From Callorhinchus milii (Eukaryota): a stretch of 64,000 bases of DNA. The notes below the pieces were generated by a model, which saw only the letters and a list, made by a program, of their open reading frames with translations, searched no databases and was not told the DNA's origin. The position numbers and the translations under genes are program-made. Below, one piece after another: positions 36,887-50,200 of the stretch (its first letter is position 1; every line of letters starts with the position of its first letter). The DNA lies in assembly GCF_018977255.1 (NCBI RefSeq), contig NW_024704743.1, forward strand, positions 42,906,001 to 42,970,000. Reading direction: 5' to 3'.

Positions 36887-37789
36887 TAGATCCAATCTTG
36901 AAGTTGCACCTTTCATGCCACAAATAAAGAGCGCGGTAGATAGGACATACGTGTGACATTGCCAACAATCAGATAAGATAGATCACCTTTACTAACAATG
37001 TTACAGTGTCTGTCACACTTGCCTGAACAAACACCATCGTGACTTCAATGACTGCCTTTTATTGAGCAGCCAGGAACAATTTATCATCCATCGTCTTCCA
37101 ACCAGTCAGTTCCCAGACAAAGACAATCACTGGCTGGCGAGTCACTGAAATGTGAAATGTATTTCATAGTTCACTTCATTTTCAACGTCACCACTTTTTT
37201 TTTATTCTGGAAATGTAGGTCAGAATTAGTTTGAAGAGAACTGCTAAGTAATGAAACGGTTTTGTAATAAATGCAAAGCTCTGGGAGTTAATTCTGCCAA
37301 ACAGGAACATTGAGTTAGTGAAGAGGGTGACATAATTAACATGATAGTGAATTAGAAGTTGCATTTATAAGGTAATACTGCTCTATGCATTATTTAACAG
37401 ACATATTCATGTTTTCAAAACCTTTTTAAAAACTGTCTGTTACAGGTCAATGCTCTTAAATTCCCCCTCCTTTCCCACTAGCTCAGTGGTCCCCATCCTC
37501 TTCGTGATGGGCTTCAAGACAAAGTTTCAGCCACAAAATACACAGTCACTGCACCTTACATTGTATCCTGTGAAGCACTTTGAGACATCTCGAAAACCTT
37601 TTAAGGTGTTGTATCAAATGCAAGGATTCTTATTGTTAAAATTCATCCAATGTGAAAGGTGTTATATTAGCACGAGTTGTTGTATTCCCCACTCCCCCTC
37701 TCCCCACGTGTTAATACATAGGATTATGAACATAACGAGACAATGGAATAAGAAAAGGTCATTTGCCTCATCAATCCCATTCCCTCCAC

Positions 37790-38165
37790 TAATAATAATA
37801 ATCCTTGCATTTGATACAGCGCCTTATCACATTTTCAAGACGTCTCAAAGTGCTTCACAGAATATACTGTAAAGTAAATTGACTGAATATTTTGTGGGTA
37901 AAACGCTGAAGCCAATTACGCACAGCAGTGTCCCACAAACAGTCGTGGATTGAGTGACCATTTATCAAAAATATTGTTTTGTAGGAATTATTACCCTCAG
38001 AAAAGTGATCCGCCCATCAACTAGCAACCGAGTTCCTACTTACTGCTAGGTTAAAAAAAGGCGTGTGGAGTAAGGAAACTTGCCCAAAGTTTTGCCCTGC
38101 TGGGAATCGAATCCAGGTCTCTCGCTTGTGAGGCAAGTGCTCTAACCATTGAGCTACAGGACTAC
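37790..38165 (-). mobile_element. Full-length SINE (long variant)
   Basis: Reverse complement has the tRNA head, the extra internal segment, the Deu core and the tail. Confidence 0.9.
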
Positions 38166-39109
38166 AGTTGCTACCTTATATTATCCCAACCCAGGATATT
38201 GGTGGGACATTTTTAGACTTTTTTTCTTTCGGATATAAAAACAATCAATGTTTTGTTGACAAGAACTAAGTAAATAAATTACATTGTTTATTGTTCATTA
38301 CTTCATGGCTTTAATATATACTTTTGTTCAATTGGGAGCCCCAGTATCCTTGAGTTAACATCTTTGGAGTCTGGTACACACCAAACATGATCATTATTTA
38401 TTATGCTGACAGCTGCAAGGTCATCACTATATGTATTTTCAAGCATACATGTTACATTTTTACAAATGCTCTAGGATTTAGTTTGTCAGCTCTGCAATTG
38501 GCCTCAAATACCCATCGGTTACAAAGAAGAAAAGTGAACCTTGTTCTTGCTGGAAGTGAGCATTGTGTCGAGGTTAAATGAGGTTGTTTCCCCGACCCCC
38601 CCCCCCAGCTGGTGAAAGAGTCAACAGTTAGTGGCCAACAGTCACTGTCAAGGGCCTTCCCATTAAGCAACAACTAACAAAATTCTTCTTTTGTACCTCT
38701 GTAAATTTAGGTTTTATTTAATCTACAATTACTTTTTTTTAGAAAAACCTTACATCATGCCCCTTCACCATTTTCTTTAACCATTCTTTGTGGCTCGACA
38801 TTGTAAAACTAGGAATAATTTGTTTCCCTTTCTCTGGATTTTCCATTAACTGTGTGTCTTTTCAAAACTACGATGACCATAACTTATTGTTTTAGGCAAT
38901 GGGCCAGGATCATATTTTTAGATTTATCATAGAATCGTGGAATGTTACAGCACAAAAACAGGCCATTAGCCCCATCAAGTCTGATCTAGTGTTTCACTCT
39001 ATGTGAGCCACCTGATCTAGCTCCATTCCCTCCCTATACCTCTAATATCCCTAATATTCCTCTCTCAAGCATCTATCCAATTCCCTTTTAAAATAATGAT
39101 CCTTACATG

Positions 39110-39600
39110 TGGTATACAATACAATATTACATTGATATAGCCCCTTTTATATCGGGGGGATGTCCCAAGACTCTGGACAGTCAGAGATTTGAACCCGAGC
39201 AGGGAGGAGGTTTGGGATCGGGGAGAGTGGGGGGCAGGAAGGGTGGGAGGGTGGGCGAAGGTGCGGTCAAAGAGTAGGGTCTTGAGATGTGCCTTGAAGG
39301 AGGCAAGGGAACGAGTAAGGCGAAGGGAATGTGGGTTGGAGTTCCAAAGGGTAGGGACAGAGTGGCTAAAGGCCTGACCGCTGATGGTGGGGTGGGCCAG
39401 GCAGGGGACGTGGAGCAGGCTGGAGCCTGCTGAATGGACGGAGCGAACAGGTTGATATGGGGTTAGCAGGTCACAGGAGTAAGATGGGGCAAGGTCGTGA
39501 AGGATTTTGAAGGTGAGGACGAGGATTTTTAACTCTATCTTCTGGGGGATGGGGAGCCAGGTGAGGGTGGGGATGATGGGTCACAGAACCTGGTGCGAGT
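39110..39600 (-). mobile_element. L2 LINE 3' fragment
   Basis: Reverse complement is similar to 18220-18720 (WLPIPQ..KILVLTFK region). Confidence 0.8.
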
Positions 39601-39604
39601 TAGT

Positions 39605-39880
39605 AACCACATTTATTTGGGGATTGTTGGTCAGGACACCTGGAGAAACTTTCTTCTCTTTTCAAACAGTGGCAAGGGATTTTTAATACGCACATGAACA
39701 GGCATAGACAAGACTTCGGTGTAACATTTCATCTGAAGCTCAGCACCTCTGATAATGTAATGTCCCCCAGCACTGTACTGGAGTGTCAGACTAGACCATA
39801 TGAGTTCTAAGACCTAAGTGGGGCTTGAATCCACAACCTTCAGACTCAGAGGTGAAAGTGCTAACTGAGCCAGGCTGACA
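39605..39880 (-). mobile_element. Older DeuSINE (SacSINE1-like) 5' part
   Basis: Reverse complement begins tgtcagcctggctcagttagcactttcacctctgagtctgaaggttgtggattcaagccc. Confidence 0.7.
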
Positions 39881-40639
39881 CATACTTTATGAACTCTGAG
39901 TCAATAATGCTGATTTATATTTTCCAGATTAAGGATACAATTCAACTTTTTATTTATGCCTTTGGAATTTGTACCCTTACACTGTGACAGCACTTTCAAC
40001 AACAACAAAAAATTATGTAGGAAGACACCTCAAAGATAGTGGAATCCTGAGCTGGGAGGACTTTTTTCTTTTGACACAGATGTCTTAATAATACATATTC
40101 ATTTTGTAATTACACTTTCTATTTTTAAATAGCAGTATGTAGTGTTGTATTTCTCAATAATAAATTCTACATGCAGCTGATCTGCCCTATTTCTCTCTAT
40201 GGGCCTCTTTTTTATAGCATCAAGGTCGATTAAAACTGATTGCATATATATACTTTTATTTCTGAATCTGCACCCGATGGGTTTTACAGTAAAAATGTGA
40301 ACGCCCTTCAGAAACCGAGATTTGAATTTTTAAATTAGGAGAGGGTTTTGTTTTTCTACCTCTTCACAGGAATTACCTAGCCATTGTTGATTCTGTGAAA
40401 AATGGTTAGAGTACACTGTGGATGTTTCCATTGACCAAGTCTTTGCTGCCATTTCAGTTGAATGATGCAACCCACTCACCACTCTTCGAAGCCCTCCAAG
40501 CACAAATAATTCATTGTTAGTTTGTACTCAGAAACAGTACAACGTTAACTGATTTGCCGAGAGGATTTCAAATAGGTGGCTCAGTTTGAACCAGAACTTT
40601 TGCTTTTTCTAATTTATATATTGGAATATATTGCTCATA

Positions 40640-40980
40640 AAACATAGAAACAGGAGTAGGCCATTCAGCTCCTGAGCCTGTTTCACCATTCCATATGATC
40701 ATGGCTGATCTACGCCTCAAGTCCAATTACCCGCTCTTGCCCTGTATCCTTTAATACCTTGACCTAACAACAACAACAAAATTACATTTGAAAAGCATCT
40801 TTCTCGTCGGGAGGACCTCCCAAGGAGCTGGGTCACAAATCATTATCCACTCTTGAAAATGTGAATGGATCCAGAATCCACAGCCTTTTAAGGGAGAGAG
40901 TTTCAGATTTCCACTACCCTTTGGGTGAAAAACTGCCTTCTAATTTCACTCCTAAATGGCCTAGTTCTAATTTTAAGATT
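40640..40980 (-). mobile_element. CR1 LINE 3' end with a short inserted L2 tail
   Basis: aacatagaaacaggagtaggccattcagc is a CR1 terminus in reverse. An (AAC)n L2 tail lies at about 40766-40830. Confidence 0.65.
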
Positions 40981-41199
40981 ATTAGTAAGCATGATCTATC
41001 TGATCTAGTCTGATCTATCCTTTGTTTCACAACAGTGAAGGGAGAAGGGAAGCTGTGAAAGGCTAGTGAAGTTTAATCCACATTCTAATCTGTTCTATTT
41101 GTTGGTTATCAATCTACTTTATTTGTAAACATTGCATCTCACATTGAAAGGTGTATCAATTAAACCGAAGCTCTGATCAATGGAACACAAATTTAAGAA

Positions 41200-41330
41200 G
41201 GGTTCTGACGAAAGGTCATCGACCTGAAACGTTAACTCACTTTCCTCTCTCCATAGATGCTGCCTTATCTGCTGAGTGTTCCCGGCGACTTCTGTTTTTA
41301 TTTCAGATTTCTAGCATCTGCAGTATCTTC
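41200..41330 (+). mobile_element. Single-arm copy of the hammerhead-bearing element
   Basis: Matches 4342-4470. Core GGGTT CTGACGA A AGGTC ATC GACCT GAAA CGTT AACTC. Confidence 0.75.
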
Positions 41331-41335
41331 CATGT

Positions 41336-41645
41336 GGAATCCTGTAGCTCAGTGGTTAGAGCACTCGCCTCGCAAGTGAGATACCTGGGTTCGATTCCCG
41401 GCAGGGTGAAACCTTGGGCAAAATTCCTTACTCCACACACCTGACAATAATCCTTCAAGAAAAAAACAATACTAATTTGGTCTCTTCAATCCACAACTGT
41501 TTGTGGGACGCTGCTGTGCGCAATTGGCTTTGAGTTTCGCCCACAAATATACAGTCAATGCACTTTACAGTATATTCTGTGAAGTGCTTTGAGACATCTG
41601 GAAGACATGAAAAGCGTTATATCAAATGCAAGAATTATTATTATT
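41336..41645 (+). mobile_element. Full-length SINE (short variant)
   Basis: A box, B box GGTTCGATTCC, Deu core, tail. Confidence 0.92.
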
Positions 41646-42460
41646 TTCCTTTTTTTTATTATAAAAAGGGTGTTGGTTTGAGGAATGCTGGACTGATTGA
41701 CTGGACCTCCTCTCCTACGTTTCCTGCCCTCCACCTTTCCTGATTCCAACCCCCAGCTCAGGTCGAAATCCCTGACTGTCCAGTGCCTTGAGATGTCCTC
41801 CCAACATGAAAGTGCTATACAAATGTAAGTTTGTATTGTATTAATCACAGTGGCCCGTTCTGGTAAATAAAACTATTGTCACATGGCCCTATTACCAAAT
41901 CGTGGAATATATTTCAGAATTCCAACTAATATTTTTCTTGTTTAAACCCTCCCTTCACCCTGTGATTCCAATTTCCCAATTTTCAAAAAAAAATCTTTGC
42001 ATTTGATATTGCACCTTTCACTTTGGTAGGATATCTCAAAGCGCTTGACAGTATATACTGTAATCTGTAGTGATTGTGTACTTAGTATCTGCATAAATGA
42101 AAGATGAGATCACAATAGGCTATTCTAAGTTAATTAAATATCAAATAACATGAATTGTAGTTTGTTTAATATGATTTAAAATACTTAGCTTCAAATTCAA
42201 GGCAGCCTTTGGTTTGAAAGAATGCATTTGTCACCTCCCTGCCATCTGTTTTGATGGATGAGCACTATCTCAAATGGACCACGTGACTTTTCAGATGTAG
42301 CAGTAGCACAGATGATTTCACCATCCATTCCTGGAGCAAGACTGTTACAAGAGGTCAATGGTCATTGATGACGTCACACTGTTCCCAATGGAGAAAACCT
42401 TTATAGAATCACAGAGACTGCAGCACAAGAGGAGATCAGTTGACTACCCCAACAAGTTTA

Positions 42461-42829
42461 TGTTCCTGTAGCATATTGGTTAAAGCACTTACCCTGCAAG
42501 CCAGATGACCTGGTTTCGATTCCTGGGCAGGGCAAAATCTTGGATATTTCCTTACTCCATACGCCTCTGTTTATCTCGCATTAAGTAGGAACCAGGTTGT
42601 TAGTCGATTGGTGGATTGTTTTCTGGGGGTAATAATCCCTTCAAAAAGCATTTAAAAATAATAATTTGGTGACTCAATCCACAACTGTTTGTGGGACACT
42701 GCTGTTTGCCATTGGCTGCCATGTTTCGCCCACGAAATGTACAGTCAATTCACTTTACAGTATATTCTGTGAAGCGCTTCAGCGACCCAATAAGGCCCTA
42801 TATCAAATGCAAGGATTATTATTACTATT
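42461..42829 (+). mobile_element. Full-length SINE (long variant, diverged)
   Basis: tRNA head, internal segment, Deu core, tail. Confidence 0.88.
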
Positions 42830-42959
42830 TACTGTAATAGTGACCTAATTGTTTGCAATACATTCACATGGGGTCAGACTCGCACAAGTGTAGAAGTGAG
42901 CATCACTTACTGGGCTATTATGTCTTATCCCTTCATCTTGCGTACCCCAAGATCATGTA

Positions 42960-43410
42960 AACGTTTGTCACCACCAGGCTCACTTATTTAATCTCCTTGC
43001 TCAATGGACTCTCCAGCTCCTCCTACACAAACTTCAGACCATCCAGAACTCTGCAGCCCACACCAGGTTCTGCGAGCACATCCTTCATTGGCTCTACAGG
43101 CTCCCCATTCCCCAAGGAGTTTGAATTCAAGATTCTTGTCTTCAAGTTCAAATGCCTCCCACAGCCATCCTCACTCTAACTCTTGCGACCTCTTCTGATC
43201 CTACGGTCCCAGCTGCTTCCTCTGCTCAGCAAACACTGGCCTGTGTCACAACTCTTATCCACTCCATCCCTCCATCTTTGGGTAACTTTTCAGACACTTT
43301 ACGCTGCCCTTTGGAACTCCATCCCAGAATCCCTCCACCTTGCCTCCTCTCACTCCACATTCAAAACCCACCTTAAGACCCATCTCTTTCACCATGCTTT
43401 TGGCCCCTTT
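42960..43410 (+). mobile_element. Decayed L2 3' fragment
   Basis: EFKILVFKFK and FKTHLKTHLF-like translation. Confidence 0.7.
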
Positions 43411-44285
43411 TGGCTCCCCTCTTCATATTCAGGTTTCTGTCTACACTTCCAAATCATTAATATATGGTTTAAATAACATCAATCCGAACACTGATCCTTA
43501 AAACACCGCACTAATTACTTCCTTCCATGCCTTTGTAACTAATATTTACAATGGAACCCATTGTGTTCCATGAAACCAGACAACTTCCGATCCACTTCAG
43601 AAACTCCCTCATATTCTGTGCCTTTCCACTATATGGACAAATTTCCTGTGTCAAAAGCATCACAGAAATCTAAATATATAACAGTTCATCTAACCTTTTC
43701 TGTCACAGTGAAAATAGCCCCAATTGTTTAGCCTACCCACATAACTCTAACCACACCTCCCTGGTATCATCCTTGTGAACCTGCACAGTACATTTTCCAT
43801 TTCCCATTTAGCTCTGATTTCCTTCCTATAATAGGGCACCATGAACTGCACACAGGATCTTAAATACAGGAATCACAACAACAAGTTGCAGTTATATAAT
43901 AATATAAATATTTTTTAAAAATTGGTCACTAAATCCAAGATTGTTTGTGGGACACTGCTGTGTTCAATTGGTTGCAGTGAATCGCCCACAAAATACACGG
44001 TCAATCCACTTTAGAAAATATTCTGTGAAGGGCTTTTCAACATTGTGAAAAGGCGCTAAATCAAATGCAAGGATTATTATTATTATTAATAAGTATTATA
44101 ATAATCCTTGAATTTGATATAGCACTTTATCACGTTGTTGAGACATCTGATGTCGAAAAGGAAGTAAATAATAATAATATAACAACATAAGAATAAACCA
44201 TTTAGTTCATTTAACCTTAAGAATAAACCATTTAGTTGTTGTGCTCTATTTATTTGGTTTGTATTTATTTGGAGTTTTAATTTGC

Positions 44286-44600
44286 AACCTGTAGCTCAGT
44301 GATTAGAGCACTTGCCTCGCAAGCAAGAGGTCTGGGTTCAATTCCAGGCCGGGTGAAACCTTGGGCAAGTTTCCTTACTCCACACATCTGATAATAATCC
44401 CTCAAGAAAACAAATAATAAATTGGTCACTTCAATCCACGACTGTTTGTGGGACATTGCTGTGCGCAATTGGCTGCCACATTTCGCCCACAAATATACAA
44501 TCAATTCACTTTACAGTATATTCTGTGAAGCGCTTTGAGACGTCTAGAAGACATGAAAAGCGCTATGTCAAATGCAAGGATTATTATTAATATTATTATA
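44286..44600 (+). mobile_element. Near full-length SINE (short variant)
   Basis: tRNA head, Deu core, tail. Confidence 0.9.
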
Positions 44601-45749
44601 AAGTGGTCCTTAATAAGAAATGGGAATAACATAAAGTGGTTCTCCTCTAATTTAAGTGTGCCAAGTAATCCTGCAGGAAATCAGCTCCATATCACATTGT
44701 TCCAATTTATTTCTGGAGAGGAATTCCCTTGGATTGAAGGAAATTCTAATGGAAATCTTCATTAAAGTCCCCTCGTTAACAAATACAGGGGTGAAATTTT
44801 CAATTTCATAGCATATTCCTCGTGATAGCTTTCATTAGGAGCGGGTTATGAAACATTATAAATTTCATCCTGCGATCCCCTCTTGTTTCCTGTGACAGGA
44901 GGATAAACCCTGTCACTGCCTTTTATGTTATTTGTGATCAACCTACGTGTAAAGGGCTAACAAGGGCTGGATTCCAATCAAGCCTGGTTTCACAGAATAG
45001 ACTGTAAAGTGAATTGACTGTATACTTTGTGGGCGAAACGCGGCAGCCAATTGCGCACAGCAGTGACCCACAAACAGCCGTGGATTGAAATGAACAATTA
45101 TTACCCCCGGGAAAGCAATCTGCCAATTGACTAACAACTGGGTTCCTACTTTCTGCTAAGGGATAGGCCAGGGATGTTCGGGAGGTCAGAGCCGCAGATG
45201 AGAAGACGTTGACAGGAGCCAAGGAGTACATCTTCCGTCTTGTCAACATTCAGCTGAAAAAAATTGGAGCTCATAACAAGCAAGAAGATAGAACATCGGT
45301 GGACCTGGAACCGCTTTTCTTTTTGGTCAGCCAGGTGTCTGACACATGCGGAAACCATCACCATGCTTAAGAGTATCCAAACCAAACTGAGAGTTCCATT
45401 CCAGGCTGGCTGTGCTGATGTGTCATTCCACTCAAATCCTGCTAACCCTGCAAGCCAAAGCCTTAACGGGTAGAGTGGTCCTAGCTGGACAAGCAGTAGG
45501 AAAGCTTGCCAGACAGCAACATCAATATCAATGTTTTAGGTGGTTAGGCTCCAACAGTACCCCAACACAAGCCTTGGCTTTTGCCATGGTGTGCCTCATA
45601 CTTTCCTGAAATAGTTAAGCAGGACCCATCCCTCCAGGGAGAGAATTCACGTTCATTCTGATAATCTATCCCGGGTCACAACTGGAGAAGTAGATTTGGT
45701 GTCCACCTACATGTGGAAGTTGACCCCATGTCTGCGGATGACATCAACG

Positions 45750-46062
45750 AGAGTAGAGGAAATGGGAAGATTCAGAGAAATTGTTTCACACATCGTGCAG
45801 TTAGGATATGGAATGTCCTGCTCAGAGCAGTGTTTGAGGTAGAATCCATATTAGCTTTCAAAAGAGAACTAGATAAATATCGAAAAAGGAGTAAACTATA
45901 GGGTTCGGGGAAAGGGCAGGTAAAAGAGAAAAATTTACTTCTCCTCCAAATGCGACCCCGGGTCTACCAATGTTCTGACCTCTTGAGAGGATTGCTCTTA
46001 AAAGAACCAACACAGACATGATGGGCCAAAAGGCCTTCTGTGCTGTAGATTTGTAAGGTTCT
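45750..46062 (+). mobile_element. CR1 LINE 3' fragment
   Basis: Translation RNCFTHRAVRIWNVL...AFKRELDKY followed by an atgggccaaaaggccttctgtgctgt terminus. Confidence 0.75.
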
Positions 46063-46909
46063 AACTTAGAACGAATGTAGTGAATTCCTGAAATCAGTTA
46101 TGTTGTGTTCTGAGTCCTGTCCCTTCACTTATTTTGGCTGGTTGCAGGACCTATGAAATAACCATAAACTGTTTCCAAGAATGATGATGCCTAGCTTTCA
46201 CATGGATCACAGTGCCATGTTACAATATAAGAACTGAAGAATTTGCCAGGCGAAAGAAGGTGAAGGTCCATGTAGTTCAGCTTCCACCATCCTGGCAGTC
46301 GCTTGACATGTCGTGTCCCAAACTATGTACTGTATCCCGAGATATTATTTTCTAACAGAAATCTATCTAATTTGTTCTTGAAACAAATGGCATTTCCTGC
46401 TTCCACTGTCTCCCGAGGGAGCCTGTTCCAAAAGTTTACTGCTCACTCACTGAAGTAGTGTTTCTGCCGATTTATTCTGAATTTACCCCTCTTCAATCAC
46501 AGGCCATGTCCTCTGGTTCTATTGTTCAGTGCAAGATAAAACATGTGGCCGGCATCCGTGTAAACATGTGCGACACCAGCAGCACTTTCAACATAAGCAT
46601 AGGGTGAACAGCACGTCTAATCTGGGGCATTCTAATCAGGCTCTGCGTGGGTGGAAGCCGATATAATGGCATCTACGTTTAGTGCTCGTACCTTTGTGCT
46701 GGGCTGCATTTGGTCTTATTTTATTGCAAGAAAATAAGCACAGGAGTTTAAAGGAAGAGATCATTAAGCAACAGTTAATATTGTTTTTCAAAAAATAAAC
46801 ATTTTATATTTAATGACTCATAAAAGTCTTGCTACCTGTGTGATTGATTGGTCTCTGAGTTTCAGTGCATACTATGTTACAAGAAACAACTATACGAGTG
46901 ATAGTAGGA

Positions 46910-47260
46910 GACTGAAGGTTGTGAGTTCAAGACCCAGGTCAGGAATTTGAGCTCACAGTCTAGTCTGACACTCCAGTGCAGCGCTGGGGGAACGCTGTAT
47001 TGTCAGATATGCCGTCCTTCAGGTGAGTCGTGAAACCAAGGTGAACTATCTATTCAAGTGGAAGATAAATAGTTTCTCCATGTACTGATCAACAATCCTA
47101 CAGAGAACAAAAAACATTTGTTCACTTCCTGACTGTCAGACATTTCAATGCATAAATTGGCTTCTGCATTTATCTACAAATACAGTGTCAATACACTTCA
47201 CAGAAAAATTCTGTGAGATGTTTTGATGTTATAAAGAACTATACAAATGCAAGGATTATC
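46910..47260 (+). mobile_element. Older DeuSINE (SacSINE1-like)
   Basis: gaaggttgtgagttcaag...tagtctgacactccagtgcagcgctggggg... followed by the tail aatgcaaggattat. Confidence 0.65.
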
Positions 47261-50200
47261 ACTGTATTCTCAGTAGTAGTTTTTAATGTCACCTCTGAGA
47301 GCACAGGTGATAATTGTTCATGTTTCCATCTGATTTCTTTAATGAAACCCGAATAGTATTTTTTTTAGATGCAAATTCAATTACCCAGTGCCAATAAATG
47401 TTAACTTGCTGAACAAGATATGATAAGGCGCTATATCAAAGGCGATGATTATTATTATTATGGAGATTAGAGAAATAGTCTTACTCCTTACTTTCCTCTT
47501 AAATAAATCGTTAATACGTGCCATCTCCACATACATTCTGCTTTTTCTTTAAATCAGGTGATAACATTAATATAAAATCAATGGAAGATGATATTTATGA
47601 GTCTGAGATTTTTTCAAACAAAACAATTATTTTACTAGTGGATCACTAAAAGATTATCATCTAGCAAATCTGCAAGCCAGTTGATGCTTCTGTGCAGTGG
47701 TGTATTACACTGTGAGGCAGTCTACGAGATTTGTAACTCCATCCAAGTTTGCGTTCAGAGATTGAGCAGAACATACCCTTTGACTTGTTTTGTTCTCAAT
47801 ACAGATTGCTCATTTGGAACACTCAGGATTTTGTTTGCCTTTAATACAGTACTGTAGAATAAAATACACTAATTAGCAGAAGAAAAACATAATAACTGTG
47901 ACAGCTCTGTCCATTTGATTTATAATAGTAATAGGCAAAGGTCACAGTGTGAGTGTTTTTATGTCCAGTTTTTTAGGATTATTACAATTAAAGAGAATTA
48001 GTGCATAACTGTACATACTCACAGCACAAATTTAATATGGTAATTTTGGAAAGTGAATTACAGATTTAGCACATACTTTCCAAATATAGATTGCAAATTT
48101 CACTGTGCTCCATCACAGTTATTAAAAATTACTTTCTTTAACAGATCCATATCTCTGGTTGAATACACATTGATGCAGTTGTAAAATGGTAATGAGAAGA
48201 ACAGCTTAATCCAGACGGATTTCATCAAAGTGGAAGATTTAACACTCCGCACTCCCATATTAAAGGTATGCCATGCTTTGCCCACAAAATATACAGTCAA
48301 TTCACTTTACAGTATATTCTTTGAAGCGCTTTGAGACGTCTCAACGATGTAAGCACTCTGAAACGTTACCCTACGTGGAGGGCACTATATAAGTGCAAGT
48401 TGTTGTTGTCGTTATAATAATGATTATGCAATAATAATAACAATGCAAGGATTATTATTATTACACGTTCAGCATTTTGGATTGGCCCAAGTTCTTACTA
48501 ACCTTTGCTTACACCTACATAGTACTTATTACTTATGAAACTGCAGTAATTTGTTTTGTAAAGAGTTATTTTGTTTCTGTACAAGATATGTCCTCATGCC
48601 CAATTCAGAGTGGAAAATGCCATTAAATCTAAGACACCCTAACAATGCTTTTTTCCATAACCTCCTAAACAATATTCTATTTATACAGCATGCTATTGTT
48701 AGTTGAAAATCAGATGGATATTAAAGATCCCTTTACGCTATTCAAAAAGAGAAGGAAGTTTCTCCTAGTGTTTTGGATCTGAACAATCCTTTGGTCATTT
48801 CCTGCTTGGTTGTTTGTGGGACCTGCCGTGCACAAATTGCCGGCTACATATGATTATCAATACACAGAGCCAACACTTGGCAGCAGTTTCCTGTCAAGCC
48901 CTTCACGATGGTTCAATGTGATAGACATGGTATCAAATGTAAGGATTATTATTATAAACAGGTATCTAGATTTCCTTCCTCATTATCCCACTTGCTAGTA
49001 ATCTTTGCATTTAGAATTGCATTTATGCTGTGGCACATACAAGCTATGGATTTTATTAATGTTTCGCTTTGGGCGGGTGATGCACGTATTGGCAGTGTTG
49101 GCATCAAACAGAAAAATATCCGTAAAAGGATTATGTGAAGAAATAAGCCAATCATGAAATGCAGTCAAACTAAAATATCAGGAGATAAAAAAGTGGAATA
49201 CTGTATATGTAAGTTAGGTTGTATCAATAATATATTAGCCAAAAGCAAAATTTAAGTAGAAAGAGGAACACCAGACTGACATGCTGATATGCACAAGACT
49301 GAAATGTGAGAATGTGAGACTTAAATACTTAACTCAACTCCAATCCTCAGATTTATTTTCTCTAAAGTTCAGCATGAAACACAATATTTTCAAATTATTG
49401 TCACATTCACGTGCCGATCAGGGACTGGACAGGGATAGTTACTCACCCACTGACAATATCAGCTTTATGTCAAGCCCTCCGAGACCCTACCCCATGTGAA
49501 GGGCGCTATACTTTGTTCACAAAATACATGGTCAATTCACTTTATAGTATATCCTGTGAAATACTTTGAGTCGTTTCAACGACATGATAAGGATACTGTA
49601 GCAAATGCAAGGATTATTATTATTATATAAATAAAATTTGTTGTTGAGCTACCTTTTTATGTGGTGAAAATGTGTCAATTTGAGTAATATCTGTCTGAGG
49701 CCCAAGGTTCCACCAAATTTTAGTCTGTAAGACTATTTTATCCTAAGTTTAAGATCAGGCAGAATTGTGGGAAATTCAATAATTCAGCCTTGATTTGAAA
49801 GCCAACACTACACTGGAGTGTCAGCTTGGACTATGTGATTCCAAATCCCGAAGTAGGGCTTGAACCCACAACCTTCTGACTCAGAGTCAAAAGTGCTACT
49901 AGGCTGCCACAAATCTTAATTTCCAAGACAACATGTTTTTACAAGGCTAAGACTCTTTGGAATTTATGGCCTCTGATAGAGATGATTTGTGATTAGTAAT
50001 GGGGGTAGGAAAATAGTTTCTGATTTGCACGCAGTAAAGGGCAAGATAAATTTAGAGATTTCAATGAAGACAACAAATCTACTTGCTTTGTAGTCATCTC
50101 TAAACTAGGATTACAAGAAGGGAGTTTTGAGTCAGATCTAACATCATTAACAGTGTAATTTATATTCTCCCCCAGTCTCCCTTCCTGCCTGGCCTTTCAT

